This document shows, piece after piece, positions 44,579 through 56,915 of a DNA stretch of 64,000 bases; within the stretch, counting starts at the first letter, position 1; each line of letters begins with the position of its first letter. The stretch is from NCBI GenBank assembly GCA_012862495.1, contig BLSG01000269.1, positions 10,381-74,380 of the forward strand. Reading direction: 5' to 3'. The translations under genes and the position numbers were made by a program. Source of the DNA: Thraustochytrium aureum. Its lineage: Eukaryota. A model generated the notes under the pieces. It had not been told where the DNA came from and did no database searches. It saw only the letters and a list, made by a program, of their open reading frames with translations.

Positions 44579-46045
44579 CTCTTAAGCGCCCCTAACAACC
44601 GACNNNNNNNNNNNNNNNNNNNNNNNNNNNNNNNNNNNNNNNNNNNNNNNNNNNNNNNNNNNNNNNNNNNNNNNNNNNNNNNNNNNNNNNNNNNNNNNNN
44701 NNNNNNNNNNNNNNNNNNNNNNNNNNNNNNNNNNNNNNNNNNNNNNNNNNNNNNNNNNNNNNNNNNNNNNNNNNNNNNNNNNNNNNNNNNNNNNNNNNNN
44801 NNNNNNNNNNNNNNNNNNNNNNNNNNNNNNNNNNNNNNNNNNNNNNNNNNNNNNNNNNNNNNNNNNNNNNNNNNNNNNNCCGCACGCTCGTCAGGATGCT
44901 GAACGAGCACACCTGAAGGCCAGCCTGCGAGCCAAGCTGTCAGAGCCAGCCGGCCAGCCTGCAAGCCAACCTGCCTGAGCCAGCCTGCCAGCCAACCTGC
45001 CTTCCAGCCTGCCTGCCTGCCTGCCTGCTTGCCAGCAGCTTGGCCAGCGTCGAGGATGCTTTGCTCGGATGCGTGACTGCCTGCCCAAGTAGGCTGCTGG
45101 CAGGCAGAATGTGTGGAGACACTTGTACTCTTTGGTCCAGCTCCTTGTTCGACTGCCGCGGGGATCAATGATCAATGGTGCCGGATGCCATCCACGCCGG
45201 TGCCGGCCGGCTTGGGCATCCCTTCCTGGCCCACAGGTTCTGGCGGCGCTGATCGGGTGCAGTCCAGGATACCGCAAGTTGTGCACTGTACTTGCTCTGC
45301 CATCGATGTCGAGTTGGCTGGCTACTGGAGCTCCACGGCGACGGGGCGCCGTTCGTCGGGACGCAATGCCGGTGTAGAGTTCTCTCACTCGCGGTTGAGG
45401 CCGACGTCCGCGTCTCGCCGCGGCCCACGAAGACGGCCATTGTGCGTCGCTCGTCTCTACCCGAGGTGCTCGCTGGGTTGAGCATGATTTGGGACTCGCC
45501 GGGAGCCGAATCCGGTTTGACCCTCCTGGCCACGGTTCGTGGCCAACGCGCGTGCGCGTCTCGTCTTGCCGCCCAGAAGCGGCGGAGTCTCTCTCCTCAA
45601 CTCGCGCCGACTCGTGGATGGAATGGGCTCGGCTGGAGCCCACACCGCGACAGACTTGCCATTGGCGCGAATGTTACCGTTATTGCCGCTCGAGTTGTCG
45701 AGTCCCCATGCTGCGAGGCGCGGCGAGAGGCATCGGGCAGGCAGAGCCCAATCCTCGAGCGCAAATGCAGCGCGAGCACGGGTGTGTTGCGCAGAGCATC
45801 AATCACCACCCTTGCTGCGTGAGCGTGGTAGCCGAGCACTGTGGTTGTGGCTGTCGTGCGGCGAGAAGCCACACGCCCTGACCTCAAACGGACTACGACG
45901 CAAGTGCGGCTCTCGACTCAGACGACATACACGGATCGGGAAAGAGAGGCTCGCCCGAGAACTCCTGGGATTCGAGCAGGCGCGACGAGCGCTCGACCGA
46001 CAAGCGAAAGGTCGTCGAATTCACTTGCCTCGAGGCGACGAGACG

Positions 46046-49000
46046 ATGGAGATCGATCTCAGGCAACGCGAGCTGGATGTTGAAAGCGAGCATAGTGATG
46101 GCGAATATGACAATGGCGACAGCGACGGCGACGGCGACAACGACGGCGAAGAAGAGGAAGAAGAAGCGCACGGGGGGGATACTGAAGAGGAGTTCCTGGA
46201 AGAGGTCTCCCCAGTGAACGGGGCCCCAGGCACAAGTGGTTTGACACTGCCAAGTGAGCTTGCCGCCGCTCCAGGCGCGATCGGCGGAGACGTCAGCCCT
46301 AAGCACGATGATAAGAAGCGAAAGGGGTTCTGGGGCTCCTCACCAAAGCTGCGAATCCCGTCGTCCCCACTGGGTCGATTCTCAAGCCGGGCCAGCCGAG
46401 GGGCCAGTGACAAGGCGAAGGACACGACAGAATCTGAAGGCAACCACGGAACAAGACACAGCAAATCCCGGTTTCGAATGCCCAGCTCGCCTTTTGCAAG
46501 TGCGCGTTCACGGCGGGGGGGGAGGCGAGTCAAAACGAAGGTCCAGTGGCGAAGGAAGTGAGTACGCGCCGGACACTCCAGGGTCTGCGAGCAGTGGTGC
46601 CGTTCCAGGTAGTAATTTTGGGCTTGACTTGGACCAAGCGTCTCTTGACGAATATAGCTCTGGCCACGAGGCAGGAGGCCAGGAACAGCAGTCTCCTGGC
46701 TCAACCCGAGGGCGCTTGGAGATGTCGACCGGCGGGTCTGCCTCGCAAGGTGCGTACTTGAGCGACACCCCTTCCAATCGTGCTGCTGGCGAGCCTCAAA
46801 AGTGCCGAGGGACGACGACGCCAGTTCAGTTGCGGATAGCGTTGGCAGCCAGCAGTCCCACGAGCTCCCACCCCGCCAACGGAGCTGGTCAGGCTCCTCT
46901 CTGTTCAAGATCATCCGCAACCCTCTCCGCCGAAGCGGGGCCGGGACGAGAGGAAGCAAGCAAGCATCCGCCAACAGGCCGAAGAAGAAGGTGCGGGTGC
47001 TGGCGACGCTGCGTCGGTCGCCTCGGTCGCGTCGCGGGACTCGCTCGCTGAAGAGGGCGAGCGCAATCCACATGAGCAAACAACGCCGCGACGAGGGTTT
47101 CGACTCTGGGGATCGTCGCCAAAGCGTGGGGAGAGCCAAAAGCGCGAGGCAGCCACAGGAACGCCTCCAATAGTTCCTGCCCGACGGCGCTTAAGGACAC
47201 TGAGCGCTGGATCGCTGTTCCGTTGGCCTGGGAGCCGGAAGCGGTCAAGTAGCGCCGGAGCGCAATCTGACGATTCCCACCCCGCTGCCGATGCGCAAAT
47301 CTCCAAAGATGATGATGCTTCACAACGCGACGACGTGCCAAATGGCGCTGATATGTCTCACGTTGCGGTAGCCGGGCATGGCGATCAGAATGCCGCGCTG
47401 GCCAACGCGGAAGAAGCAGACGCAGATCGCGAGGCTGATAGCGGCTTCGAAAGCGACGAGATTGGCGCGGGCGGAAGCGACCCGAGTGAAAGCGAGTACT
47501 CGGAATCCGAGTATTCAGAAGACTCGCGCCTGGTTTCTCCAGCCCCAGAGCAGCTGCGAGACAGAGTTCGCGCTTTTTACGCGCTGTACAACCCTTCCAA
47601 GCTCGACGACGTGGACGAGGCGCTCAGGCGGTACGCAGGCAAGGAGCGAATTATGATCGAAAGGCTTGAGGCCAAGTACGACGCGGAACTGCCGACTTGG
47701 GAAGAGGCCTGCAAAGTGCTCTACTCTGAGGAGGTTGCGACGCAAGCCAAAACAACCTCGAGGACGTTGCGCAGAGGGGAGCGCTGCACGGCGAGGGAGA
47801 GAACCTTGCCAGTGCCGCAAATCAGGGCCGGCGCGAGGCGGCGTGCAGCGAACCCTTGGGGCGCGTGAAGGCCATCGCGATTCGTGCCCGGCCCAATCCA
47901 ACGCTGGGACTCCTGCACAAGAACTCAACGAGAGGTGTACTCATAGAGCTGGAGAGCGAATACCTTCTGGAAGTTGGCTCGAGCCAGGCCGCTTCTGCCC
48001 TGTGCGAGACGCACGCGCGCTACCTTGTGGGTCTCAAAAAGGCCACGCTCGAAAGGAACCTTGAAGTGCTTTGCAAAGAGCTCGCGAAAGGCTTTCCAGA
48101 CGTTCAACCTCGTGAGAGCTCTCCAAGCACCGCCGCGCACGAGGCGACTGCGCCGAGGGCTTCCTTTGTCTTTGACGCCCCCCCGGTTCGTTCGCAGCAC
48201 GAGTTCTTGCCTAGCGCGGTCGACGAGCGTGCGACGAGCCAGCCTTCCGTCAAACAAAGCATCGCCGGGCTGGAGGAAAAGCTTGTTGAGCAGGAAGAAC
48301 GGGAGCTGAGCAAGCGCCAGGTTGGTTGCTCTATGGTGAGCAAGATGATTGCGAGGCCCTGAGCAGGATCCCTGGCATCAGATGATGCGAGGAGCGCGCT
48401 CCCAGAAGAAGAGACGGCAACTGCTCCTGAGATCTTCAATGAGACAACGCTCAGCCCCGTGTCGATGCTCTCGCCGCCTCCGGTCCCGTCGCGCGACGAA
48501 TACAGGAGCCCAACTGCGTCAGCCTCCAGCCCGCACGATTTTGACCGTGACTCGGATGGCCAAGACGAGACGGAACTCGGCTCCGGCGAGGACACAGAGG
48601 CGCACCCTCGAGAGCCAAGCGCTGTCGGCAATATGGACGGAAGCATCCCGTCAAATGACATGGTCGTTGCCGTTGTCGGTGCATGCCATCGCGACCGAGC
48701 GACCAACGAGACAAAACGAGCCTGGAAGAAGAGGCTCGTAGAGGAAGATCGAGCCCTCTTCGAGCTGGTTGACTCCGAGCGCATCTACTACAACGACTTG
48801 GAGACGATCAACGAGTTTGTCATTGCCCCGATGCTCGAGCGGCTTCGCAAGGGCGAGATTCGTTTTTCGCATCCAGGGAGCGCTCGGATGCCAAGTTTTT
48901 CGAGCTTTGGTCCAAGCTGTCAAGGTTTCACGAAAAACTGAGCCAGGTCATGTGGCAGCGATGCGTGCAAGACACGCGCGGAGGCGGCGTGTCGGTGCGC

Positions 49001-50571
49001 TCCTCCTGGAGCGCGCTGGAGCAGCCGCTTTTTGCTGCTCTTGAAGAGCTAGCGTCGATCAGCTCGGTGGCGCAAGTTTACGACGAGTACTGCTTGCTCT
49101 ACGCTGGGGCCCTGGAGAGCTATGTCAGCGAGCTCCACTCGAACAACAAGCTCAACGCGTTTCTCCTGTCCAACTGCACAGGAGCGCTTCGAGGGGGCAG
49201 CCTGGAAGGGTTTTTGATCCGACCGGTTCAGAGGATCTGCAGATACCCCTTGCTACTGGACGGCATCTGGAAGAGCCTGCAAAGCAGCACTGCAAATGCC
49301 GAATCTGCGAGGCAGCGGGTCATGGCCTGCAAGCAAGCCATTGCCGGGGTGGTCGCCCAAATCAACCGCCACAAGGTTTACGCAGACAAATTCTCGCGCA
49401 TGGCCGAGGTCCACAAGCGCCTTCGCATTGGCGACGAGGAAGGCGGCATGTCCCTCGCAGAGCCGCACAGGTTTCTCATCCGCACCGGTACGGTCTCCGT
49501 GAGCGGATCGCACGGCTCGGACAAAGTTGTCAGGTTCGCGTCTTGCCATTCTGTACAATGACGTGCTGCTCTTGGCTGTTGTGCGAAGGTCGTGGTCCAG
49601 CGGGGGCAAGGTCTACGACGTGTGCGCCGCATTTCCACTCCTCGAAGCCCAAGTCGAGGACGAAGACGTGGCTCAGTCGCAGCAGCTTACTGGGACTGCG
49701 TTCGCCCTCCGACTGTCGTCGAGCTCGGTGGGATGGGACGACGACCTCCTGGTTGGAAGTTTGACTGAGAAGGAGCATGACGAGTGGGTCGAGAGTTTCC
49801 GCGAGGCGCTGGACTTTGCTTCCGAGGTGATGGGCAAGAACCGGAGCTCCGCGACGCTCGATCGTCTCGTTGAAGCGACTTCCGCTGGCCAGAGAACGTC
49901 ATCATTTGTCCGCACCCTTGCCGCGAAGCCTCAGAGAAAGGTAACAAGCTTCTTTGGCTCGGCGTACAGCAGCAGCGCTACTGTTATTCAGAAGACGTAC
50001 CGCGGTCTCGTGGGCCGCCGGCAGGCTGAGCTCACTCGCGGGCAGCTTGCAATCGAAATCGAAGCAGCGCTCTTCATCCAGCGCGCCTACAAAAGGATGC
50101 GAAAGCGACTGTACTGGTCTCGGCAGCGAGAGCTTGGCATGGGTCGCCAAGTTCCCGCGGAAAGCTCTGCGTTAGAAGCCATCGATGACGAAGACGACGA
50201 CAGCTACATGCAGGGAAGGGAAGCAGGCGAAGAAGAAGAAGAAGAAGAAGAAGACGATGAGCTTGACGAGGGTGAAGGCGACGAGGACCTGGACGGGTCT
50301 TGCGGCGACTATGACGGCGCTGACGATGCTGGCGGCGACGACGATGGCGCTGGCGATCGCTATGCTGGCGTCGATTTCGACGAGGCAAGCGAGAGCGATC
50401 CCGGGGACTCGTGGGTGGCTGAAAACGTGGGCGAGACCAGCGCGGCGGGCTCCAGCTTCGGCGGCTCGCCGCATCCCGGCGAAGGGGGGGTTTGATGGGG
50501 GTGACTACGACGACTACGAGGCGTTCGACCGGGCGGTCGCAGGGGGCGGCGACACCGAGGAACGCGTATAG
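46046..50571 (+). CDS. large RhoGEF (DH-PH) with IQ motifs and acidic tails; many frameshifts
   Basis: ELVDSERIYYNDL, YDEYC, LEGFLIRPVQRICRYPLLL (DH); LYNDVLLLA..EHDEWVESFREAL (PH); IQKTYRGLVGRR and IQRAYKRMRKR (IQ). Joining the upstream ORF pieces is inferred. Confidence 0.8.
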
Positions 50572-50703
50572 CGAAAATGCACGATGCAAAACAAAGACAA
50601 AACGATGGATTTGACATGGACCGAAAACAGCTTGCGATTGTGTGCCGTGACTCTGTGAGCGGCGAAGGCAAAGGAAGCCCAGGCTCTTTTGCGACGTCGC
50701 CCT

Positions 50704-52550
50704 CTAGATACTGGGGCGGCGCTCGCCCCCCGCAGCGCTGTCGTCGTCCACCTTGACGGCGACCGCCGCCTCGGGAACCTCGAGCACGCGCTTAGCATTG
50801 CTCCGGCGACGCCGCACCATGAAGAGCGCACCGAGACCCAAGAATGCGAGAAACGACGACGTCGCGCCGGCCGCAATAAAGACGGTCTTGGAGCCCGTGC
50901 TGTACTTGACAACCAAGAGAGGGGCGCGGCCCTGATCGTTCTCGAAAGACTTGGCGGAGCGCTTTCCAATGCCGTCCTTGATAATAATTGTGATCGCGTT
51001 TCCGGCGTTCCAGCCCTGGAGGTTGACAACCTCTTGCACAACATTCACAAAGCTGACCGAGCGCATCGTGGTGCTCGCGTCGACGCGCCAGGCCCACGGT
51101 TCGATGTTGTTCCAACTCGCCTTTGCCGCGGTAAGCTCGCGGTCGCTCGGCTTGGAAGAACCGGAAAACGCAGGAGAGTTGGCCGATTTATGCGCCGCGA
51201 TGCTGAGGCCCGTGGCAAGGTCAGAGTTGGAGCTCTCGACCTCGAACATGAGGNNNNNNNNNNNNNNNNNNNNNNNNNNNNNNNNNNNNNNNNNNNNNNN
51301 NNNNNNNNNNNNNNNNNNNNNNNNNNNNNNNNNNNNNNNNNNNNNNNNNNNNNNNNNNNNNNNNNNNNNNNNNNNNNNNNNNNNNNNNNNNNNNNNNNNN
51401 NNNNNNNNNNNNNNNNNNNNNNNNNNNNNNNNNNNNNNNNNNNNNNNNNNNNNNNCCTCGATCGGCGCGCTCGCGGTCGGCGGCTTGGTCGCGCCCGAGC
51501 ACTCGGCAGTTGAGGGCGGGGCTTTGAGAGTGAACGAATCAAAGACGTGGTCGGTGCGTGAAGGCTCTCCGATGAGGAACTGGCACGCGGCTTCTACTTC
51601 ACCAAAGTCGCAGATGACGGCCCCGCTCTTGGCGTTGCCCACGTCCGAGGTGTAGGTCGACCGGAGCCACGGCGTGTTAGCGCTGCGGCCGCTGCCGTCT
51701 GTGCCGGTACCGCCCATGCCGTTCACAATGGAGATGGTTTGCCCGCACGAAAGGCGGACCTCGGTCGCGTTGTCCTCAGGGCTGACCTCGAGAGTGGCAA
51801 AGTCAGAAATGAGCTTGCTTCGGCCGTAGACGTGCGTGTGCCCGGACGTCACGATTGCGCCATACTTGGCGCAGAGGTTGTACGCCGCTTGGGTCCCGTA
51901 GTCGCCGGTGTGGCGGTTCCCGGGGTTGAGGAGGCCCTCAGGCCGATGCCAGGTGCAAATCTTCCACTTTGCCGTGGACTTGGAGAGCGTGTCTTCCAGG
52001 AATCGGAGCACCTCGGCTTGATCCCCTCCAGCGCTCAGCAGGCTGTCGCTGATCTGGTCCCACCCCACGGTAAGCAGAAGGACGTCGCCGGTTTCGCAGG
52101 CCATGTAGTTGCCGTAGTCCTCGTCCAGGGCGCGCCCCGAGCGGCCGCGGCAGGCGGGCAGCACGGCAGCCGGGGTAGCCTGGAGGCGGCGCAAGAAGCG
52201 CTGCTTGTACCCGTCGTTGCCTTCCCACTTCTTGCCGCCGCTCGTGATGTGGAGAGGACGTCGTCTTCGTGGTTCCCCGAGGTGCCGAGGAATACGCGGT
52301 TGGGAAGGCTGCCGCCTGTCGGCCAGTTTTGGTCGAGAAACCTGTCCCACGCAGCGGGGTCGCTGTCGTAGTCAAAGTCGCCGTTCTGCATCACAATGTC
52401 AACGCCGTGGTCGCGCATCACCTGGTAGTTGAGCGCGGCGTCGGCGCCATCATCGCTGTCGCCAAGGAAAGCGATCTTGAGCGCGTTGCCTGGCGCAAGG
52501 GCCGCTGCGGCGACCGCCGCGGCGGCGCCGAGTTTGCTCCAGGACGCCAT
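50704..52550 (-). CDS. secreted calcineurin-like metallophosphoesterase with extra domain and C-terminal TM anchor; frameshift near 52250
   Basis: Signal peptide; AFLGD, NGDFDY, GNHE, WH, GHTH motifs; TM FIAAGATSSFLAFLGLGALFMV followed by RRRR. Confidence 0.85.
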
Positions 52551-54007
52551 CGCCCGTCGTGAGGTGAAGGTTCTTTGTTGCACAATGAAGTTGCTCGTTT
52601 CGGGCCGCAGCTCGAGGCTTTGCGTGGATTGGGGGTTTGCTCTCGCTAGCAACGCGGGCTTGGGGACCTCATGAGGTCCTTTCGCTTGAGCACGAGGCGA
52701 TAGCGGAAGGTTCGATCAGTTTGCGCGCAAATGGCCGGCTCGCAATCATTGCCTCTCGTCACATGCAGCGGGATCGAACTGTTTGCCTCACCTCACCGTT
52801 CGGGCCCGGGGAGGGAACAACTTGGACCCGCTCGACGCACAAGTGGCTCGCACCCTTGCCGTCTGATGGAACGGGAACTCGGCTCCACCGAGGCCCACCG
52901 CGACGCAGCAAGCGCAGCTTTCGCACTCCTGAGGCCTCGTGCTGCGGCCTCGTGAGATCGGACGTTTCATGGTTGACACCGCCGTGCCGCACGGGCGAAA
53001 TCATCCAGCCAACCATCGAGATCAGAGCGCCCCCTGCGCGTGTCTGGCCAGATCTGGCGAGGATGGATCGCCTGGGACGACACCGATCGAGATTCCACCA
53101 CCCTCCGCCCTCGCAGATTCACCCCACCTCATGCTGATGACCAGGAGGCCGAGAGCGCGCGACGGATCGACCAATCATCGATGATGATCATCAACAAGCA
53201 TCATCATCGTCGTCAGGCCCGCCTCGCGCGCCACGGCACCCACCCTTCGCCCTTGTACAAGAAAGTACGTACTCCTCCATCCTGCTCGATCAGCATACCT
53301 CCTTCCTGCTCAGCGGGCCGCACGCTCGCACGCGCTGCAGGGATGCTGAGGTACTCCTCGACGCGCAGAGCACTTCCAACGGAAGTACCCTGCTCGCTCG
53401 GCTGGCTGGCAGGCGCGAGGAGGGCTTCANNNNNNNNNNNNNNNNNNNNNNNNNNNNNNNNNNNNNNNNNNNNNNNNNNNNNNNNNNNNNNNNNNNNNNN
53501 NNNNNNNNNNNNNNNNNNNNNNNNNNNNNNNNNNNNNNNNNNNNNNNNNNNNNNNNNNNNNNNNNNNNNNNNNNNNNNNNNNNNNNNNNNNNNNNNNNNN
53601 NNNNNNNNNNNNNNNNNNNNNNNNNNNNNNNNNNNNNNNNNNNNNNNNNNNNNNNNNNNNNNNNNNNNNNNNNNNNNNNNNNNNNNNNNNNNNNNNNNNN
53701 NNNNNNNNNNNNNNNNNNNNNNNNNNNNNNNNNNNNNNNNNNNNNNNNNNNNNNNNNNNNNNNNNNNNNNNNNNNNNNNNNNNNNNNNNNNNNNNNNNNN
53801 NNNNNNNNNNNNNNNNNNNNNNNNNNNNNNNNNNNNNNNNNNNNNNNNNNNNNNNNNNNNNNNNNNNNNNNNNNNNNNNNNNNNNNNNNNNNNNNNNNNN
53901 NNNNNNNNNNNNNNNNNNNNNNNNNNNNNNNNNNNNNNNNNNNNNNNNNNNNNNNNNNNNNNNNNNNNNNNNNNNNNNNNNNNNNNNNNNNNNNNNNNNN
54001 NNNNNNN

Positions 54008-54911
54008 TTTTGTGGGCAAGGACGCAACGCGCGCATTCTGCACTGGGTGCTCCAAGCCAGAGTGCCTTGTGAGCTCACTGGCCGGCCTCGACGAGCATGT
54101 GCGCCGCGAGGCCGACCGCTGGCTCGAGCTGTACGAGCTGCACGACCAGTACCGGTTTGTTGGGACACTTGTCGAGGACCCTGTCGAGCGCGCGCTTGAG
54201 CAGAGTCTGGTCGAGGAGCAAATGCTCCTTGGCCCTGGCGGCGAGCGTCGGGCGCCTATCGAGCTCAGATCCGAAGGGATCGCCAAGTACAAGGCCGGGC
54301 TCGTTGACGACGCGCAGGTGCTGTGGCGCGGGGCCCTGGTGCAACTTGGCGAGCACGACGCTGGTGCACTGCACGCCGGCGGCGAGCGAGTCGTCGGCCG
54401 CCGCGAGGCCCTCCGCGCCGAGCTCTTGGGTTTGCTTGCCACCGCCGCGCTCAAGCGCGGCGACGCCACCGCGGCAGTCGAGCACTACGGAGAGGCCATC
54501 GATGTGCTGGACGTAGTGCTCGGCCCGGATGCAGTCCCCACCGCCCAGCAGCTGCGCGCCAATCTCCTTGCCGACCGAGCTGCGGCCTTGTTCCACCTTG
54601 GGTTGCTAGACCGCGCGGAGGCTGGGTTCCGGGCTGCGGAGGCCATATTGATGCGCAACTTGGAACACGCAGGGGCCCAGGCTGCTGCCTTGTACGCCAA
54701 CACGGCGTTCAACCTCGCGCGCACCCTGGCAAGCCGAGGCCAGCCCGATCAGGCTCGAGAAAAGCTGGGCGAGCTGCTCAAAACTGCCAAAGTGTTTGCG
54801 CCAAGTGAGGCCGTTGGCCTCGAGCAAGTGTTGAATGCCGCGCGCGACGGCCTTCGCGCGCTCGGGGTTGGCGAACGCCGCGACGACGACGACGACGACG
54901 CCCAGAAGTAG
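54008..54911 (+). CDS. MAPR/cytochrome b5-like heme-steroid binding domain fused to TPR-like repeats; 5' end in gap
   Basis: FVGKDATRAFCTG...W..LY...YRFVGTL, followed by helical repeats (GDATAAVEHYGEAI, NLARTLASRGQPDQA). Confidence 0.75.
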
Positions 54912-55085
54912 CTACTTCAACTCTGCCGCCGGAGCTTCGCGCTGGCGACGCTGCTACTCCGAGGCGGCCGTTGAGGCCTACGCAGCCACTTGCCAAGGGG
55001 GGGGTGGCGGAAAGAGCCCGCCGGCGCGCCCTGATGGGGGTGGCGGAATGGAACGGATTCATGAGACAGGTTGAGGAGAGTACCT

Positions 55086-56915
55086 TTAGCTGGAGTGGAA
55101 CACTTTGCAAAGGGCCGCTTCAACGAGGCCGACGTACCGGGGGTGAAGGTGCGTCCCGTCCAGGTTGAACTCGGGCCGCAGCCGCAGCGCGGGGCCTGCC
55201 TTGGGATCCGCGCCGGTCTCGACGAGGTCCAGGAACACGTCAAGCCATTCTAGCCCGCCCTTCTGCGCGAGGACCGCCCGCTCCAGGGCCGCGTTGAAGT
55301 GCACCACGACGTCGCGAGTCACGTCCAGCACCGGCGGCACAGGATGTACATAGACGTGCCACTTGCGCAGGCGCACCAGGGTCGTTAGCCGCGCCACATA
55401 AGTCTCGACAACCGCCTCGATCGCGCGCTCGACCGACTCGTACCTGTCTTTGGAGACGGCCGCCAGCACGCCCTCGCGACAGTCGATTTCGCAAAAAAGC
55501 GACACAACGTGCGCCCCGTCCGGAATAGAGGCCGCAACGTGATCAAAGTGAAAGCGCGGGTAAAAGTGCTCGCCGTCGCGCATGTGCCAGCCCTTGACCC
55601 CTGTCGCCAGCCTTGGGACGAGCACGCGGTCCTCTGACGCCACGTGGATCTTGCGCCATGCAAGCGGAATCGAGTGGCTGTCGCCGAAGACGTAGAGCGA
55701 CCCGTCCGCACTATCGGTTGCAGGCGCGGGTTCCACCGGGTCGTCGAATGTGGCAGGCGTCGCCTCGCCGAGGAACGAGAGCATCTGGAAATAGGCGTGC
55801 TCGTTTCGCATGTGCGTTACGTGCAGTTCGCGGCCGCGCCGGACGGGCTCGACATGGACCAAGAGTACCATGGCCATTCGAAGATATGGCCCCCCTAGCT
55901 GGAACAGCAGCTTGCACAGGACAAGCACTACGCCAAGCGCATCCAGGTCGCCGCGCTCTAGCGGCGAGACATTTTTCAAGCTGCTGTCTGTGGTTTCCAC
56001 GGGGTCTAGCGGCACGCCTGGCGCGGCGCTAGCCCCCTCCCGCAGGCCCAGGCGCCGCGGCCCATGGCCCTCGCTCGCATCTGCGGTGAAAAGCGATCCC
56101 GCCCCCTTGCCAGGCACGAGAGTGAGGCCCGCGTATTTAGCTGTGACGGCTTCGGCGCCGTTGCCTGCGAGGCAAGTCACGGCGTCCTCGGCGACAACCT
56201 TGGCCACGCTGCACGCCACGCTTAGGCCACCGTCCGAGATGGCGACGTCACTACACGCAAGCCAACGCGCTGCCTCCCGGACAGCGGCCGGGATGGACAA
56301 GTCGAGCTCCAGCACGTGGATGTAGCCGAGCGCAAGGGCGGCGTCCGCTGGCTGTACTCCTGTGGCCCTTTGGTAGAGCTGCTTGCTCGCTTTTACACCT
56401 CCAAAGTCGCGCGCGACGCCGCCTAAAAAGCCCAGCGCGGCGGCGGCAACGTCTTTTGACAGGTGGCCGAATGTGGCGTCAACCATCTCCAACATCGCCT
56501 CGGGGTCTTCGCGAAAGAGCCGAGAGACATCTCGTCGGACCCCGGTGTCGTGCGAGACCGCTGTCAAGGCTTGCAGCTTGACCTTCACCCCATCTTGGAA
56601 CTTTCCGTGGTCTATCAGGCACTGGCCATAAAATAGCAGACCCTCGATGTTGGAGGTGCTGTCCTCCTGCTCGCTCATGGTGGACTCCAGGATAGCAAAG
56701 CCCTCCGCGGTGCGCCCCATTTTCACCAAGGCTTTGGCCATGCTCACTTGGACGCGGCTGCGCTGCATAATCGTTTTGCCGCTTCGGGTGACGAGCGCGG
56801 TTTTATCCTTGCCGTTCAGGGCCTCGGTTGCTCTGCGGTACGCCTCGAACGCCTCGTCGTGTTGCCCTTGCGCAAGAAGAATGTCTCCTCGCGTCTCCAG
56901 ACCGGTGGGGTCCTC
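55086..56915 (-). CDS. TPR protein with C-terminal SGNH/GDSL-like domain; 5' end in gap
   Basis: RGDILLAQGQHDEAFEAYRRA (TPR); VFGDSH, EIDCR, FNAAL, LDGTHL. Confidence 0.75.
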   Translation of the reverse strand, partial: EDPTGLETRGDILLAQGQHDEAFEAYRRATEALNGKDKTALVTRSGKTIMQRSRVQVSMAKALVKMGRTAEGFAILESTMSEQEDSTSNIEGLLFYGQCLIDHGKFQDGVKVKLQALTAVSHDTGVRRDVSRLFREDPEAMLEMVDATFGHLSKDVAAAALGFLGGVARDFGGVKASKQLYQRATGVQPADAALALGYIHVLELDLSIPAAVREAARWLACSDVAISDGGLSVACSVAKVVAEDAVTCLAGNGAEAVTAKYAGLTLVPGKGAGSLFTADASEGHGPRRLGLREGASAAPGVPLDPVETTDSSLKNVSPLERGDLDALGVVLVLCKLLFQLGGPYLRMAMVLLVHVEPVRRGRELHVTHMRNEHAYFQMLSFLGEATPATFDDPVEPAPATDSADGSLYVFGDSHSIPLAWRKIHVASEDRVLVPRLATGVKGWHMRDGEHFYPRFHFDHVAASIPDGAHVVSLFCEIDCREGVLAAVSKDRYESVERAIEAVVETYVARLTTLVRLRKWHVYVHPVPPVLDVTRDVVVHFNAALERAVLAQKGGLEWLDVFLDLVETGADPKAGPALRLRPEFNLDGTHLHPRYVGLVEAALCKVFHSS

